From NCBI GenBank assembly GCA_028293125.1, contig JAQGPJ010000079.1, forward strand, positions 5,817 to 69,816: 64,000 nt of DNA, read 5' to 3'. The DNA is from Verrucomicrobiales bacterium. GTDB lineage: Bacteria; Verrucomicrobiota; Verrucomicrobiia; Verrucomicrobiales; V1-33. The notes beneath the pieces are model-generated. The model was given only the letters and a program-made list of their open reading frames with translations, did no database searches and was not told where the DNA came from. The position numbers and the translations under genes were made by a program. This document shows, one piece after another, positions 27,303 through 37,427 of the stretch (positions within the stretch are counted from its first letter, which is position 1; each line of letters starts with the position of its first letter).

Positions 27303-29573
27303 GTGACCGTGAACGCGCTGGCCTTCCTGCTTCGTATCGCTGCTTCCGGCATCTGCCTGGTTGCGGGACTTTGTTTTGGAGGTGAGGCACCGCCCTCCCT
27401 CCGCATCATCGGATTCACAGGCGCGGCGGGCGGCCACGCAAGGATCGGCTTTTCCAGCCAGTCGAATTATTATTACCTTCTGCAGCGCGCTCCCTCCTTG
27501 GAGGGGCCATGGGAGCCTGTCTCCATGCTGCCCGGCACTGGAAAGGGGCTGACGCTGGCCGATCCCGCCTGCATGAGGGGCAGGGCCTTTTACCGGGTCC
27601 AAGCCCAGAGCATTCAGGCGCCGCTGGACTCGGACGGTGACCGCGTGGACGACCTGACGGAATTTGCGGCGGCAGGGCGGGGCAATCCCTTCAATCCCGC
27701 CCCTCCGCCGCCGGCCGGAGACGCCGCCGTGATTCTGCGCAGCCGGGAAATGTATGAGCAGTACGCCCACCGGGACAATTTCCCCGGAGCTCCGGATGTG
27801 CGGGAGGTCAAATTCCTCATCACCGGAGTCGATACGGCCTCTCCGAAGCTGTATTTCCTGAACACCAACAAGCATATTTACCATTATTATTTCGCCCAGG
27901 CGGTGCTGGGATATTCCAAGGATCTGGGCACCTTCAACAATGAGACGTATTTCTCCGACGGGCGGAAATTCATGGCCGGCAGCCTCATCGCCTATGATCA
28001 TTATGGACCCCCCGGCAAACCGGCCACCGGCCTTTACGGCATGGAGTTCTGGCCCAGCGACGGTGTGAGGGCGGCCCATGTCCGCATGGCTTACAACCTC
28101 ATCTCCCGGGCGCTGCCGTGGGTGACCACCCGGCTGGCCTACCATCCCGCGGGCATCACCCAGGAGCAGGTGCTCAAAGCGGAGGCTGATGTCTGGAGGA
28201 CGCTGCCCGTGGATCTGATCACCTCCGACGAGCTCTTCGCGAACACTTCCTACAGTGTGCTGAACCCCGGGGTCTCCTTCGGCCGGCTGGTGCTCGGGGG
28301 CGGCACTCAGTCGGTGACGGCGCGGGATGTGGTGGTCCTGCCCACGGTGCCTGCCGATCTGAGCCGGGTGGCCGGCATCATCACCGCCTCGCCGCAGACC
28401 CCGCTGTCCCACATCAATCTCAAGGCCAAACAGAATAAAACTCCCAATGCCTATCTGCGCGGAGCGATGACTGACACGCTCATTATGACGCTGGCGGGAA
28501 AAAATGTGCGGCTGGAGGTCGCCGCCGATGGCCTGCAGCTGCGGGAGGCCACCCAGGAGGAGGTGGACACCTACTTGGACGCCCTGAGGCCCAAAAACCC
28601 GCAGTACCCGGTCCGTGACCTCTCGGTGACCACTATCCGCCCGTTGAAGAACGTGCCCTTCACCGCCTCCTCCAGTGTCGGAGCCAAGGCTGCCAATGCC
28701 GCCGAGCTGCGTCGGATCCTCCCGGCGGGGATGTCCCCCGACGGATTCGCCATTCCGTTTTATTTCTATGACACTTTCATGAAGTTCAACGGGTTTTACG
28801 ATCAGGCCCGCGCCATGATGGCCGATCCCGTTTTCCAAAGCGACTCCACGGTGCGCGAGCAGCGCCTGGCGGCCTTCAGGGAAATCATCAAGGACGGCAC
28901 TGTGTCGGACGATCTGCGCAACGCCATGCGCGCCGTGCAGGAGCAGTTTGCGCCCGGAGTGCCCATCCGCTGCCGCTCCAGCACCAACAACGAGGACCTG
29001 CCGGGGTTCAACGGCGCGGGGCTTTACGACTCCAACACCCACCGCCCGGACGAGGGATCACTGCACAAGTCGGTGCGCAAGGTGTGGGCCAGCCTGTGGA
29101 ATTTCCGTGCGTTTGAGGAGCGGAACTTTTACCGCATCGACCACTTCACCGCCGCCATGGGCGTGCTGCTGATTCCCAACACGGACGATGAACTGGCCAA
29201 CGGTGTGGCCGTCACCAAAAACCTCATCGACCCCAACTGGCGCGGGTATTATGTGAATGTGCAGAAGGGCGAGGAGCTGGTGACCAACCCCGACGGCAGC
29301 CTGATTCCCGAGGAGTTTCTCATCGCTTGGCTGATGGGCGAAACCCCCTATGAGATCCAGCACGTCACCTGGTCCAGCCTCCAGCCGGCCCAGACCAGCC
29401 TGCTGACCACGGAGCAGGCCTATTTGCTGGCCGATCAGATGGGCCTGATCCAGAACAACTTCCGCAGCCTCTACAATGCCTGGGCCAACCCGGACTTCGC
29501 CATGGAGATCGAATTCAAAATCACCAAGGCGAATAAACTCTTTATCAAGCAGGCGCGTCCCTGGGTGGAATGA
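27303..29573 (+). CDS. Exported PEP/pyruvate-binding (PPDK_N ATP-grasp) domain protein with preceding swivel-His-like segment
   Basis: The C-terminal half has VGAKAANAAELRRIL, IRCRSSTNNEDLPGFNGAGLYDS, VWASLWNFRAFEERNFY and MGVLLIPN..ANGVAVT, which are PpsA/PPDK N-domain signatures. Upstream, VAGIITASPQTPLSHINLKAKQNKTP resembles the phosphohistidine swivel domain. A hydrophobic N-terminus follows the GTG at 27303. The start is uncertain, anywhere from 27114 to 27309. Confidence 0.7.
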   Translation: MTVNALAFLLRIAASGICLVAGLCFGGEAPPSLRIIGFTGAAGGHARIGFSSQSNYYYLLQRAPSLEGPWEPVSMLPGTGKGLTLADPACMRGRAFYRVQAQSIQAPLDSDGDRVDDLTEFAAAGRGNPFNPAPPPPAGDAAVILRSREMYEQYAHRDNFPGAPDVREVKFLITGVDTASPKLYFLNTNKHIYHYYFAQAVLGYSKDLGTFNNETYFSDGRKFMAGSLIAYDHYGPPGKPATGLYGMEFWPSDGVRAAHVRMAYNLISRALPWVTTRLAYHPAGITQEQVLKAEADVWRTLPVDLITSDELFANTSYSVLNPGVSFGRLVLGGGTQSVTARDVVVLPTVPADLSRVAGIITASPQTPLSHINLKAKQNKTPNAYLRGAMTDTLIMTLAGKNVRLEVAADGLQLREATQEEVDTYLDALRPKNPQYPVRDLSVTTIRPLKNVPFTASSSVGAKAANAAELRRILPAGMSPDGFAIPFYFYDTFMKFNGFYDQARAMMADPVFQSDSTVREQRLAAFREIIKDGTVSDDLRNAMRAVQEQFAPGVPIRCRSSTNNEDLPGFNGAGLYDSNTHRPDEGSLHKSVRKVWASLWNFRAFEERNFYRIDHFTAAMGVLLIPNTDDELANGVAVTKNLIDPNWRGYYVNVQKGEELVTNPDGSLIPEEFLIAWLMGETPYEIQHVTWSSLQPAQTSLLTTEQAYLLADQMGLIQNNFRSLYNAWANPDFAMEIEFKITKANKLFIKQARPWVE

Positions 29574-30016
29574 GGGGACGGTCTTGAGTGGTCGGCAGCG
29601 CAACATGCCATAGGCTGACCCCTGTTTTCATACCGGGCCGGTTCCGCGCCGGAAAAGGGATGAAACTGTTTGTGAAATGTGAGGTTTTCCACACCACCCA
29701 TCGCCGTTTGTGGGGTGTTGTTCAGTGGGGCAGTAAAAGGAAGTTCCAAAAGAGCCGGGGGACAGTGCGGACCCTGCTTTCGGCCACCGCCCGGATCGGT
29801 AAGACAAAGGACGGGAAATGTTCAGTCCGGCCAAGGGTGGGGATGCCATGATAATAATGGTGGACAGGCAGGCTTTATTACCCGGCGGAAGTGGGGCGGA
29901 AAGCTCTGTTCTTCCGGCGATCATCCCGGTATAGGGGTATTCAGGGGCGTATCACCTCATGATCCCGCCCGGCGCGGAGGCATGCAGGCACGCTGCGAAC
30001 GGGGCACACCGGTGAT

Positions 30017-30050
30017 ACAAAAAACGGCACCGGCTGTTCACCGGTGCCGT
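30017..30050 (-). terminator. Rho-independent terminator of clpC
   Basis: acggcaccgg / ccggtgccgt 10-bp stem with a 7-nt loop. The minus strand then reads tttttt. Confidence 0.75.
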
Positions 30051-30088
30051 CTTTGGCTGAGGATTTTCGTTAAGAAGGAACGTCTTTT

Positions 30089-32614
30089 TTATTCAGCGAC
30101 TCCGGCGGGCACTTCCCCGGCGGGAGCGGCGGGGGGGGTGTCCCCCGTGACACTGAACTTCAGGGCCTTGTCGCCCTCGCGGCGGGTGACGGAGACGTTG
30201 TCGCCCTCTTTGATGTCACCGCGCAGCAGGTGCTCGGCGAGAGGGTCCTCCAAGTAACGCTCCACCGCACGGCGCATTGGACGGGCTCCGTAGGCGGGGT
30301 CGTAGCCCTCGGCGATCAGAAGATCCTTGGCGGTCTGGTCCAGACTGACCTCGATTTTCTTCTCCCGCACGCGCTTGAGCACTTTGCTGATTTCCAAATC
30401 CACAATCTGCACGAGGTCGTCCTTCTCCAGCATGTGGAAAACAATAAGGTCGCTGAGACGGTTGAGAAACTCCGGTTTAAAGTGCTTCTTGGCCTGCTCC
30501 TCGATCTTGTCCTTCATGGAGTTGAAGTCGTGCTTGTCGGTGCCCATGGCTCCGAAGCCCATGATGCTCTGCTTCTTGATCAGCTCCGCGCCGACATTGG
30601 AAGTCATGATAATGATGGTGTTCCGGAAGTCGATCTTGCGACCGAAGCTGTCGGTGATAGTGCCCTCCTCCAGAATCTGGAGCATGAGGTGCATCACGTC
30701 CGGATGGGCCTTCTCCACTTCATCGAAGAGCACGACGCTGTAGGGACGGCGGCGCACGGCCTCGCTCAGTTGGCCGCCCTCCTCATAACCGACATACCCA
30801 GGAGGGCTGCCAATGAGGCGGCTGGCGGTGAACTTCTCCATGTATTCGGACATGTCGATCTGGATGAGGGCATCGGCGTCACCGAACATGAACTCCGCCA
30901 GATTGCGGGCGAGGAAGGTTTTGCCGACCCCTGTGGGGCCGAGGAACAGGAAGCTGCCGATGGGACGGCGGGGATCCTGCAGATCGGCGCGGCTGCGGCG
31001 CAGGGCCTTGCTGATGGCGATAACCGCCTGGTCCTGACCAATGACGCGGCCTCTGAGGTCTTCCTCCATGCGCAGGAGCTTGGCGGTCTCCTTCTGTTCC
31101 ATGCGGGTAAGCGGCACGCCCGTCCACTTGGAGATGACGGACATGATCTCCTCAATTCCCACCGTGACCTTCTTCTCCTCATTCCCTGTGCGCCAGGTCT
31201 CCATGAGGGTCTCGAGGTTCTTACGGGTGTTGCGCTCGCTGTCGCGCAGGGCGGCGGCCTTCTCGAAGTCCTGATCCTTGATGGCGCGCTCCTTGTCGAT
31301 GCGGATGCGCTCGATCTCGGCCTCAATATCTTTCACCTCCGGCGGGCGGGTCATGGCTCCGATGCGGGCTCGGGCACCGGCCTCGTCCATGATGTCAATG
31401 GCCTTGTCCGGCAGAAAGCGGCCCGTCAGGTAGCGGGAGGACAGCTTTACCGCCTGGATGATGGCCTCCTCGGTGTAGAGGGCCTTGTGATGGGACTCAT
31501 ACTTGTGCTTGATGCCCATCAGGATCTTTGTGGCGTCGTCCTCGGAAGGCTCCTGCACCTTCACGGTCTGGAACCGGCGCTCCAAAGCCGCGTCCTTCTC
31601 AATGTACTTGCGGTACTCATTGAGGGTGGTGGCGCCGACGCACTGCATCTCCCCGCGGCTCAGGGCGGGTTTGATGATGTTGCTGGCATCCATGGCTCCC
31701 TCGGCGGAGCCCGCACCCACGATGGTGTGCAGCTCGTCAATAAAGAGAATGACGTTTTTCGTGCGGCGGATCTCGTCCATCACAGCCTTGATGCGTTCCT
31801 CGAATTGGCCGCGGTATTTCGTCCCGGCCACCATGAGGGCGAGGTCAAGGGTGATCACCTTCTTGTCACGCAGGATTTCAGGCACGTTGCCGGCCACGAT
31901 CTCCTGGGCAAGACCCTCCACAATGGCGGTCTTGCCGACGCCGGCCTCACCGATGAGGACCGGATTGTTCTTCGTGCGGCGGCAAAGAATCTGGATGACG
32001 CGCTCGATCTCGTCAGCGCGGCCGATCACCGGATCCAGTTCCGCTTTCTGGGCCAGTTCCGTCAGATCACGGCCGAAGGCCTTGAGGGCGGGCGTCTTGC
32101 CGTCCTTCTTGGTGCCGGGGTTGCCAGCGGAGGCCTCCTGGAAGTTTTCCTCCTCCTCGGGCTCCTGCGGGGTGAAATTCGGGTCGAGCTCCTTCAGGAT
32201 CTCATTGCGGGTGCGCTCGATGTCCACATTCAGGTTTTTGAGAACCTGCGCGGCCACACCCTCGCCCTCGCGCAGCAGACCCAGCAGGATGTGTTCGGTG
32301 CCCACATAGCTGTGATTCAGGGCGCGCGCCTCCTTGCTGGCCAGGGCCAGAACCTTTTTCACGCGGGGAGTGTAGGGAATATTGCCGACCATTTTCTGTT
32401 CCTGGCCGGATCCCACCTGCTTCTCTACCTCCATGCGCACGGTCTCCAGATCGAGACTCATCTTCTGAAGAACATTGACGGCTACGCCCTGTCCGAGTTT
32501 GATGAGGCCAAGCAGGAGATGCTCGGTGCCCACATAATTATGGTTGAAACGATCCGCCTCCTTGCGCGCAAGGGCGAGGACCTGCTGGGCTCTGGGAGTA
32601 AAGTTATTCATCAT
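30089..32614 (-). CDS. clpC: ATP-dependent Clp protease ATP-binding subunit ClpC (class I Clp/Hsp100)
   Basis: N-terminal Clp repeats ([33 protein letters not shown], twice). Two AAA modules ([16 protein letters not shown]). UVR-like [11 protein letters not shown]. 841 aa. Confidence 0.92.
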   Translation of the reverse strand: MMNNFTPRAQQVLALARKEADRFNHNYVGTEHLLLGLIKLGQGVAVNVLQKMSLDLETVRMEVEKQVGSGQEQKMVGNIPYTPRVKKVLALASKEARALNHSYVGTEHILLGLLREGEGVAAQVLKNLNVDIERTRNEILKELDPNFTPQEPEEEENFQEASAGNPGTKKDGKTPALKAFGRDLTELAQKAELDPVIGRADEIERVIQILCRRTKNNPVLIGEAGVGKTAIVEGLAQEIVAGNVPEILRDKKVITLDLALMVAGTKYRGQFEERIKAVMDEIRRTKNVILFIDELHTIVGAGSAEGAMDASNIIKPALSRGEMQCVGATTLNEYRKYIEKDAALERRFQTVKVQEPSEDDATKILMGIKHKYESHHKALYTEEAIIQAVKLSSRYLTGRFLPDKAIDIMDEAGARARIGAMTRPPEVKDIEAEIERIRIDKERAIKDQDFEKAAALRDSERNTRKNLETLMETWRTGNEEKKVTVGIEEIMSVISKWTGVPLTRMEQKETAKLLRMEEDLRGRVIGQDQAVIAISKALRRSRADLQDPRRPIGSFLFLGPTGVGKTFLARNLAEFMFGDADALIQIDMSEYMEKFTASRLIGSPPGYVGYEEGGQLSEAVRRRPYSVVLFDEVEKAHPDVMHLMLQILEEGTITDSFGRKIDFRNTIIIMTSNVGAELIKKQSIMGFGAMGTDKHDFNSMKDKIEEQAKKHFKPEFLNRLSDLIVFHMLEKDDLVQIVDLEISKVLKRVREKKIEVSLDQTAKDLLIAEGYDPAYGARPMRRAVERYLEDPLAEHLLRGDIKEGDNVSVTRREGDKALKFSVTGDTPPAAPAGEVPAGVAE

Positions 32615-33702
32615 CGGACTGAGTTAGGGGTTGCGGTTCCGCCGGGGAAACGCGGTCCACAGGGAATGGCCCACAGAACATTATTAACCCCGGCCCCCGG
32701 CAATTCAAGGGACGGACTGGAATATCTGAACGGGCTTTCACTGGAAGCGTCATCGGGCTTTTTTTCTGCCGGACATAATTAGCAGAAACCGTTCCTGGCT
32801 GGAGTTACAGTCCCGGACCAAGCCATGGACACCGGTTTTTGGGTGGGCGGGACGGCGGTTCTGTCCGAGGAATTCAAGTGTTTCCCCGTGGGAAAGGAAA
32901 CGATTCCGTCATGGGGATGGGTGAAACTAAAGATTCTGCAGAGACAGGTTTCTGAAAATTTTTGATTGCCTCTCAACAGAACGGTGCGTCGGAATGCCGC
33001 GTTTCATGTGTCATTTTGACGCTTTTCCGCCCAAAACGTCCTCCACTTGGAATGCTTGAAGGTCCAATCGAAGGGCACTTCTGAAAAGAAGGGGGAGAAA
33101 TGTATTTTTCTTCAAGAGAAGCCTCATTTTCTCCGTGAATGCGGGTGGGAGCATGGGTAAAAGCCGGGTCGCCCCGCGATTTAACAGGGCTTATTTTCAG
33201 GTGAAATCTTTTGTTTTTTCACGTTAGAAACAAGAATTTTGTGCAGAAAACACGCAATAAACCTCTTTCCCGTTTCATTATCAATGAAGCGGGAAGAGAA
33301 GGTGCCGAATGACGTCCCGGAATGTGGCTCCGGCCCCGTCGCGCCGCAGCCCTTGGCGTGGTGGCGGACAATGGGTCCAGCCTCCGCCAGTCCGCCGGAT
33401 AATTTGTAAAGCATTTGTAAAAGGGGTATTGGGAATGACAGTGGGAATTTCCCCGGCTTGGCCCGGCTTTGGGCGGCCGGGCGGTTTTCCGCTCCTCCGG
33501 AAGGGGTAGTATTCCCTCCTATGCCGGAGACAGGCGGAATCCCATGGGCCGACGTGCAAATACTGACACATTAATGCCGGCGTTATGATTCTAAATTAAA
33601 TTTTGAATAAAGTGTGAACAAAACCGCCGAATTTGAGTCTTACAAGATGACAGACGCATCCTATGTGTTAATTATTCGCCACAGACCCGCTCCCCTCCCG
33701 GA

Positions 33703-34062
33703 ATGAAACAAAACCACACCTTTTTACACTCTTTTCCAGCCGTTTTAAGCCTCCTGGCCTTTCCCTTGTCGGGCTGCCACGACAAGGCTCAGACCGCCCG
33801 GATGCAGGAGGAGGTCGACATCACCCTTGAGAAAGTCAACAAGCAGACCGCGGAGCTCGAAAAAATCAAGAAAACCTGCGACGCCCTCAGTGCCCGGAAG
33901 CAGCAGTCCGCCGGTATCCGGAAGGATGAGCTGGCGGCCGCGGCGGGCAAGTCCGCCCAGACTCTGGAGAAAGTGGTCCAGTACCGGGAGGCGCTGGAGA
34001 AGGAACTGGCCGCCGTGACGGACGGGGTGGCGAAGTACCGCAGCGCGCACCTCAAACCCTGA
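33703..34062 (+). CDS. Coiled-coil lipoprotein, hypothetical
   Basis: MKQNHTFLHSFPAVLSLLAFPLSGC is a lipobox, followed by about 90 aa of heptad-like E/K/A-rich sequence. Confidence 0.6.
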   Translation: MKQNHTFLHSFPAVLSLLAFPLSGCHDKAQTARMQEEVDITLEKVNKQTAELEKIKKTCDALSARKQQSAGIRKDELAAAAGKSAQTLEKVVQYREALEKELAAVTDGVAKYRSAHLKP

Positions 34063-34085
34063 AGCCCTTTTATCAGACAGAACTC

Positions 34086-34991
34086 ATGAATCCGATTTTA
34101 AAAGGTATTCTGTTCGTGGCCATTGCCTGCGGTGTGACGGGCTGGGTTTGGGATAGCCAGATCGCCAAGGACCAGGAAAAGCTCACGCAGGATTTGGCGG
34201 ACGCCAGAAGCAGTCTGCATCACTTGGACAAGCAGGTTGAGGACGCCAATCTGCGCCGCATCTCACTTCAGGGGGAGATCGACATCCTCACGGAGCTGGA
34301 GAAGCAGAGCAATAACAATATGGCGGCTATCCCCCAGGAGCAGAAAAAAGCCGCGGAGCTGTTGGAGAAGCTGAAGGCGGCGGATGCGGACCGCGCCAGT
34401 GCCGTGCAAGCCGTAAGAGAGGCTGAGAAAAAAGCGCCACCGCGCACGCTCACCCTGAAGGACAACTCCAAACTCGAGCAGTTTGTCCTCAAAAATGTGA
34501 CGGAGGACGGGGTTCTCTCCGTGGAGCACGCGAACGGCATTATGAAGCTGGCTCCGGACCGTCTGCCGGCGGAATACAGCAAGCGCCTCGGGCTGGGATG
34601 GAAAGTGGTGTTTCCGGATCCTCCCTCCCTGACTCCTGACCAGAAAGCGACCGTTTCTGTCGCCCAGCAGGCGGCGGATCAGAAAATCGATCCTGCGGAG
34701 AAGGTGGCCATGAAACAGCTGGAGGGCAAAAACGCCTCCGAGGAGCTCGCCAAAGTGGAGACGGCTCTCGGCATTGCCAAGGGGCAGCTTGAGGATGCCC
34801 GCCAGGAGGTGCGTGCCTTGGACATCCGCAAGACCAATGCCGTGGTGCAGGGCAGCAACAAAACCTATGGGGATCTGAAAGTCGCAGCCAGCGACAAAGT
34901 CTCGGCTCTGGCCAAGAAAGTCATCACTCTTCAGCAGCGGCGCCGCAGCCTGCAGAAGACCATCGAGGGCATCAGGACAGACGGATACTGA
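34086..34991 (+). CDS. Membrane-anchored coiled-coil protein, hypothetical
   Basis: N-terminal TM segment ILKGILFVAIACGVTGWVW. Two coiled-coil stretches flank a small globular segment (TLTLKDNSKLEQFVLKNVTEDGVLSVEHANGIMKL). Starts 24 nt after the preceding gene. Confidence 0.6.
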   Translation: MNPILKGILFVAIACGVTGWVWDSQIAKDQEKLTQDLADARSSLHHLDKQVEDANLRRISLQGEIDILTELEKQSNNNMAAIPQEQKKAAELLEKLKAADADRASAVQAVREAEKKAPPRTLTLKDNSKLEQFVLKNVTEDGVLSVEHANGIMKLAPDRLPAEYSKRLGLGWKVVFPDPPSLTPDQKATVSVAQQAADQKIDPAEKVAMKQLEGKNASEELAKVETALGIAKGQLEDARQEVRALDIRKTNAVVQGSNKTYGDLKVAASDKVSALAKKVITLQQRRRSLQKTIEGIRTDGY

Positions 34992-35038
34992 CCGTTTCAA
35001 AACCGGCATTTTCAACCTTTTTGAAGGCTGCCCCGGAT

Positions 35039-35079
35039 CAGCCGGGAGTTTCCGGACTCCCGGCTGTGAATTTTTGAGG
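35039..35079 (+). terminator. Rho-independent terminator
   Basis: cagccgggagt-ttccgg-actcccggctg followed by tgaattttt. Confidence 0.7.
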
Positions 35080-35096
35080 ATGAGGCGGAGCCCCGT

Positions 35097-36665
35097 TCAG
35101 GTCAGCAGAGTGCGGTCGAGCGTGCGGTATTGAATAGCCTCCAAAACGTGGCTGGCGGTAATGCGGTCCACGCCGGCGAGGTCCGCCAGGGTGCGTGCCA
35201 CTTTCAGAACCCGGTCGTGGGCACGGGCACTGAAGTTCAGGTCATTCATGGCGTGCTCCATGAGGCCGGAGGCTTCGGAGTCGATCACGCAGTGCTGGCG
35301 CAGCAGGCGGGAGCCCAGAGCGCTGTTGCTGGTGATGCCGGCGCCCCGGTAGCGCTGCTGCTGGATGGCGCGGCAGGCGATGACGCGCTCCCTGATAATG
35401 GCGGAGGATTCCTCCGGCGCGGTGGAGGACATCTGTTTGTAATTCACATTGGGCACCTCGACATGGAGATCAATGCGGTCCAGCAGGGGCCCGCTGATGC
35501 GCTGGCGGTAGCGCGTGATCTGCATGGGGTTGCACCGGCACTCCCGTTTGGGATCGCCATAATAACCGCAGGGGCAGGGATTCATGGCGGCGGCCAGCAG
35601 AAAGCAGGCCGGGAAGGTCATGCTGCCGGCGGCGCGGGAGATCGTCACCCGCCCGTCCTCCAGCGGCTGGCGCATCACCTCCAGGGTGGCGCGGTTGAAT
35701 TCCGGCAACTCATCCAGAAACAGGACCCCGTGATGGGCGATGGAGACTTCACCGGGGGTGGGGTTGCTGCCGCCGCCCAGCAGGCCGGCGTCTGAAACGG
35801 TATGGTGCGGAGAGCGGAAGGGCCGGTGGGCCAGCACCGCGTGCCGGGGATCGAGCAGGCCGCAGATGCTGTGGATGCGGGTGGTTTCGATGGCCTCCTC
35901 GCTGGTCAGAGGCGGCATGATGGTGGCCATGCGTTTGGCCAGCATGCTTTTGCCGGTGCCCGGCGGGCCGACCATCAGGATATTGTGCCCGCCGGCCACG
36001 GCGACCTCAAGGGCTCGCTTGACGGTGTGCTGGCCTTTCACGTCCGAGAAATCGATATCGTGGGTCTGAAGTGTGCGGAATTCCTCAATGGTCCGGGTGC
36101 GCACCGGAATCAGCGGCTGCCCCGCGCCCAGGTGCTCCCACGCCTCCCGCAGGGTGTGCACTCCGATGATGCGGATGCCGGCCACGATGCTGGCCTCGTC
36201 AGCGTTGTGCGCGGGAATGATCAGTTCCGTCCGTCCCTGGGCGCGGGCAGCGAGGGCGATGGACAGAATGCCCTTTACGGGCCGCACACCTCCGTCCAAT
36301 GCCAGTTCCCCCACAATCGTGCAGCGGTCAAAAACCGAACGGTCAAACCCCGCCACCCGGTTGGCTGTCATGCCCAGAGCCATGGGGAGGTCAAAGCTGG
36401 GCCCCTCCTTTTTCAGATCCGCCGGGGCTAGATTCACGGTGGTCCGCCCGCCCAAGGTTCCCGGCAGGGCGGAATTGGCGATGGCCGTCCACACCCGGTC
36501 CCGGCTTTCCCGCACGGCGGTGTCGGGCAGCCCGACAATGACCGTGACGGCCTGCATTTCACCGGAGGAGTTTGCGGGACCGGTCTCATTGACCTCAAGT
36601 TCGACCTCCAGAGCCTCGACGCCCCGCAGGGCTGCGGAATAAACACGGGTGAATTCGCCAGGCAT
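35097..36665 (-). CDS. yifB: YifB/ComM-family Mg-chelatase-like AAA ATPase
   Basis: Lon-protease-like N-domain, Walker A GPPGTGKS, LFLDELPEF, a C-x-C zinc-like patch AAMNPCPCGYYGDP..CRC, and a C-terminal ARAHDRVLKVARTLADL. Confidence 0.9.
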   Translation of the reverse strand: MPGEFTRVYSAALRGVEALEVELEVNETGPANSSGEMQAVTVIVGLPDTAVRESRDRVWTAIANSALPGTLGGRTTVNLAPADLKKEGPSFDLPMALGMTANRVAGFDRSVFDRCTIVGELALDGGVRPVKGILSIALAARAQGRTELIIPAHNADEASIVAGIRIIGVHTLREAWEHLGAGQPLIPVRTRTIEEFRTLQTHDIDFSDVKGQHTVKRALEVAVAGGHNILMVGPPGTGKSMLAKRMATIMPPLTSEEAIETTRIHSICGLLDPRHAVLAHRPFRSPHHTVSDAGLLGGGSNPTPGEVSIAHHGVLFLDELPEFNRATLEVMRQPLEDGRVTISRAAGSMTFPACFLLAAAMNPCPCGYYGDPKRECRCNPMQITRYRQRISGPLLDRIDLHVEVPNVNYKQMSSTAPEESSAIIRERVIACRAIQQQRYRGAGITSNSALGSRLLRQHCVIDSEASGLMEHAMNDLNFSARAHDRVLKVARTLADLAGVDRITASHVLEAIQYRTLDRTLLT

Positions 36666-36762
36666 GGAGAGGAGCGGAAAAGTTGAGTGGAGGGAAAAAC
36701 CTGGTATTCATAACGATAATTAAGAAATCAACAAGCCCCGCTTCCGGCTGTATCCTGCCAGG

Positions 36763-37326
36763 CTATTCCGCTGGCTCTTTCTTCTGTGCGGCGGGATCAG
36801 CGGGCGTTGAGGAATTCAGCGGTGGAAAGAGCATGGCAAGACGGCGCTGAAGCTTCTCAGGATCCCTGGTCTCACATTCCCACACCGTCAGAATGCGCCA
36901 GCCCAGGCTGCGCAGGGTTTGACAGGTTTGGGCATCGCGCTCCGTGTTGCGGTTGAGCTTCTTTTCCCAGAATTCGCGGTTTCCCGTGGGGATGCGGGCG
37001 GCGCGGCAGCCAGGGTGCTGGTGCCAGAAACAGCCATGCACAAACAGCACGGTGCGGCGGGGCCCAAAAACGAGGTCAGGCTTGCCCGGTAGATCGCGGC
37101 GGTGCAGGCGGTAGCGCAGCCCCATGGCGGTGAGCATCCGGCGCACCATCATCTCCGGCTTGGTGTCCGTGCTGCGGATGCGGGACATGTTCCAGGAGCG
37201 TTCCCGGGGTGTGAGCGGATCAAGACTGACAGGAGGACGGAGGAGCTCCGGCACTGATGAGACATCATTCAGGACCGGAGGTTTGTCATCAGGCAAAGGA
37301 TAGGAGGAGGACTTGACGGACGCCAT
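36763..37326 (-). CDS. vsr: Very-short-patch repair endonuclease (Vsr) with N-terminal extension of about 45 aa
   Basis: SWNMSRIRSTDTKPEMMVRRML..GLRYRLHRRDLPGKPDLVF..VLFVHGCFWHQH..REFWEKKLNRNTERD..LGWRILTVWEC aligns along its length with E. coli Vsr as I remember it. Confidence 0.88.
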   Translation of the reverse strand: MASVKSSSYPLPDDKPPVLNDVSSVPELLRPPVSLDPLTPRERSWNMSRIRSTDTKPEMMVRRMLTAMGLRYRLHRRDLPGKPDLVFGPRRTVLFVHGCFWHQHPGCRAARIPTGNREFWEKKLNRNTERDAQTCQTLRSLGWRILTVWECETRDPEKLQRRLAMLFPPLNSSTPADPAAQKKEPAE

Positions 37327-37427
37327 GGAAATGGAGGAGGGGCATTGGTTTTTAAAAGGACAGCCGGACTTGGGAAGGAGGGAAACTTCGCCGTTTCGCT
37401 TTCCCCCGGGTATTTGGAAAGTAAGCT

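Noticed and set aside
32779-33571. Short ORFs (65-96 codons) in the clpC upstream spacer
   Set aside because: They overlap each other on both strands and show no motifs. There is no convincing RBS or start context, and the composition is atypical. The region is treated as non-coding (see the finding on 32615-33702).
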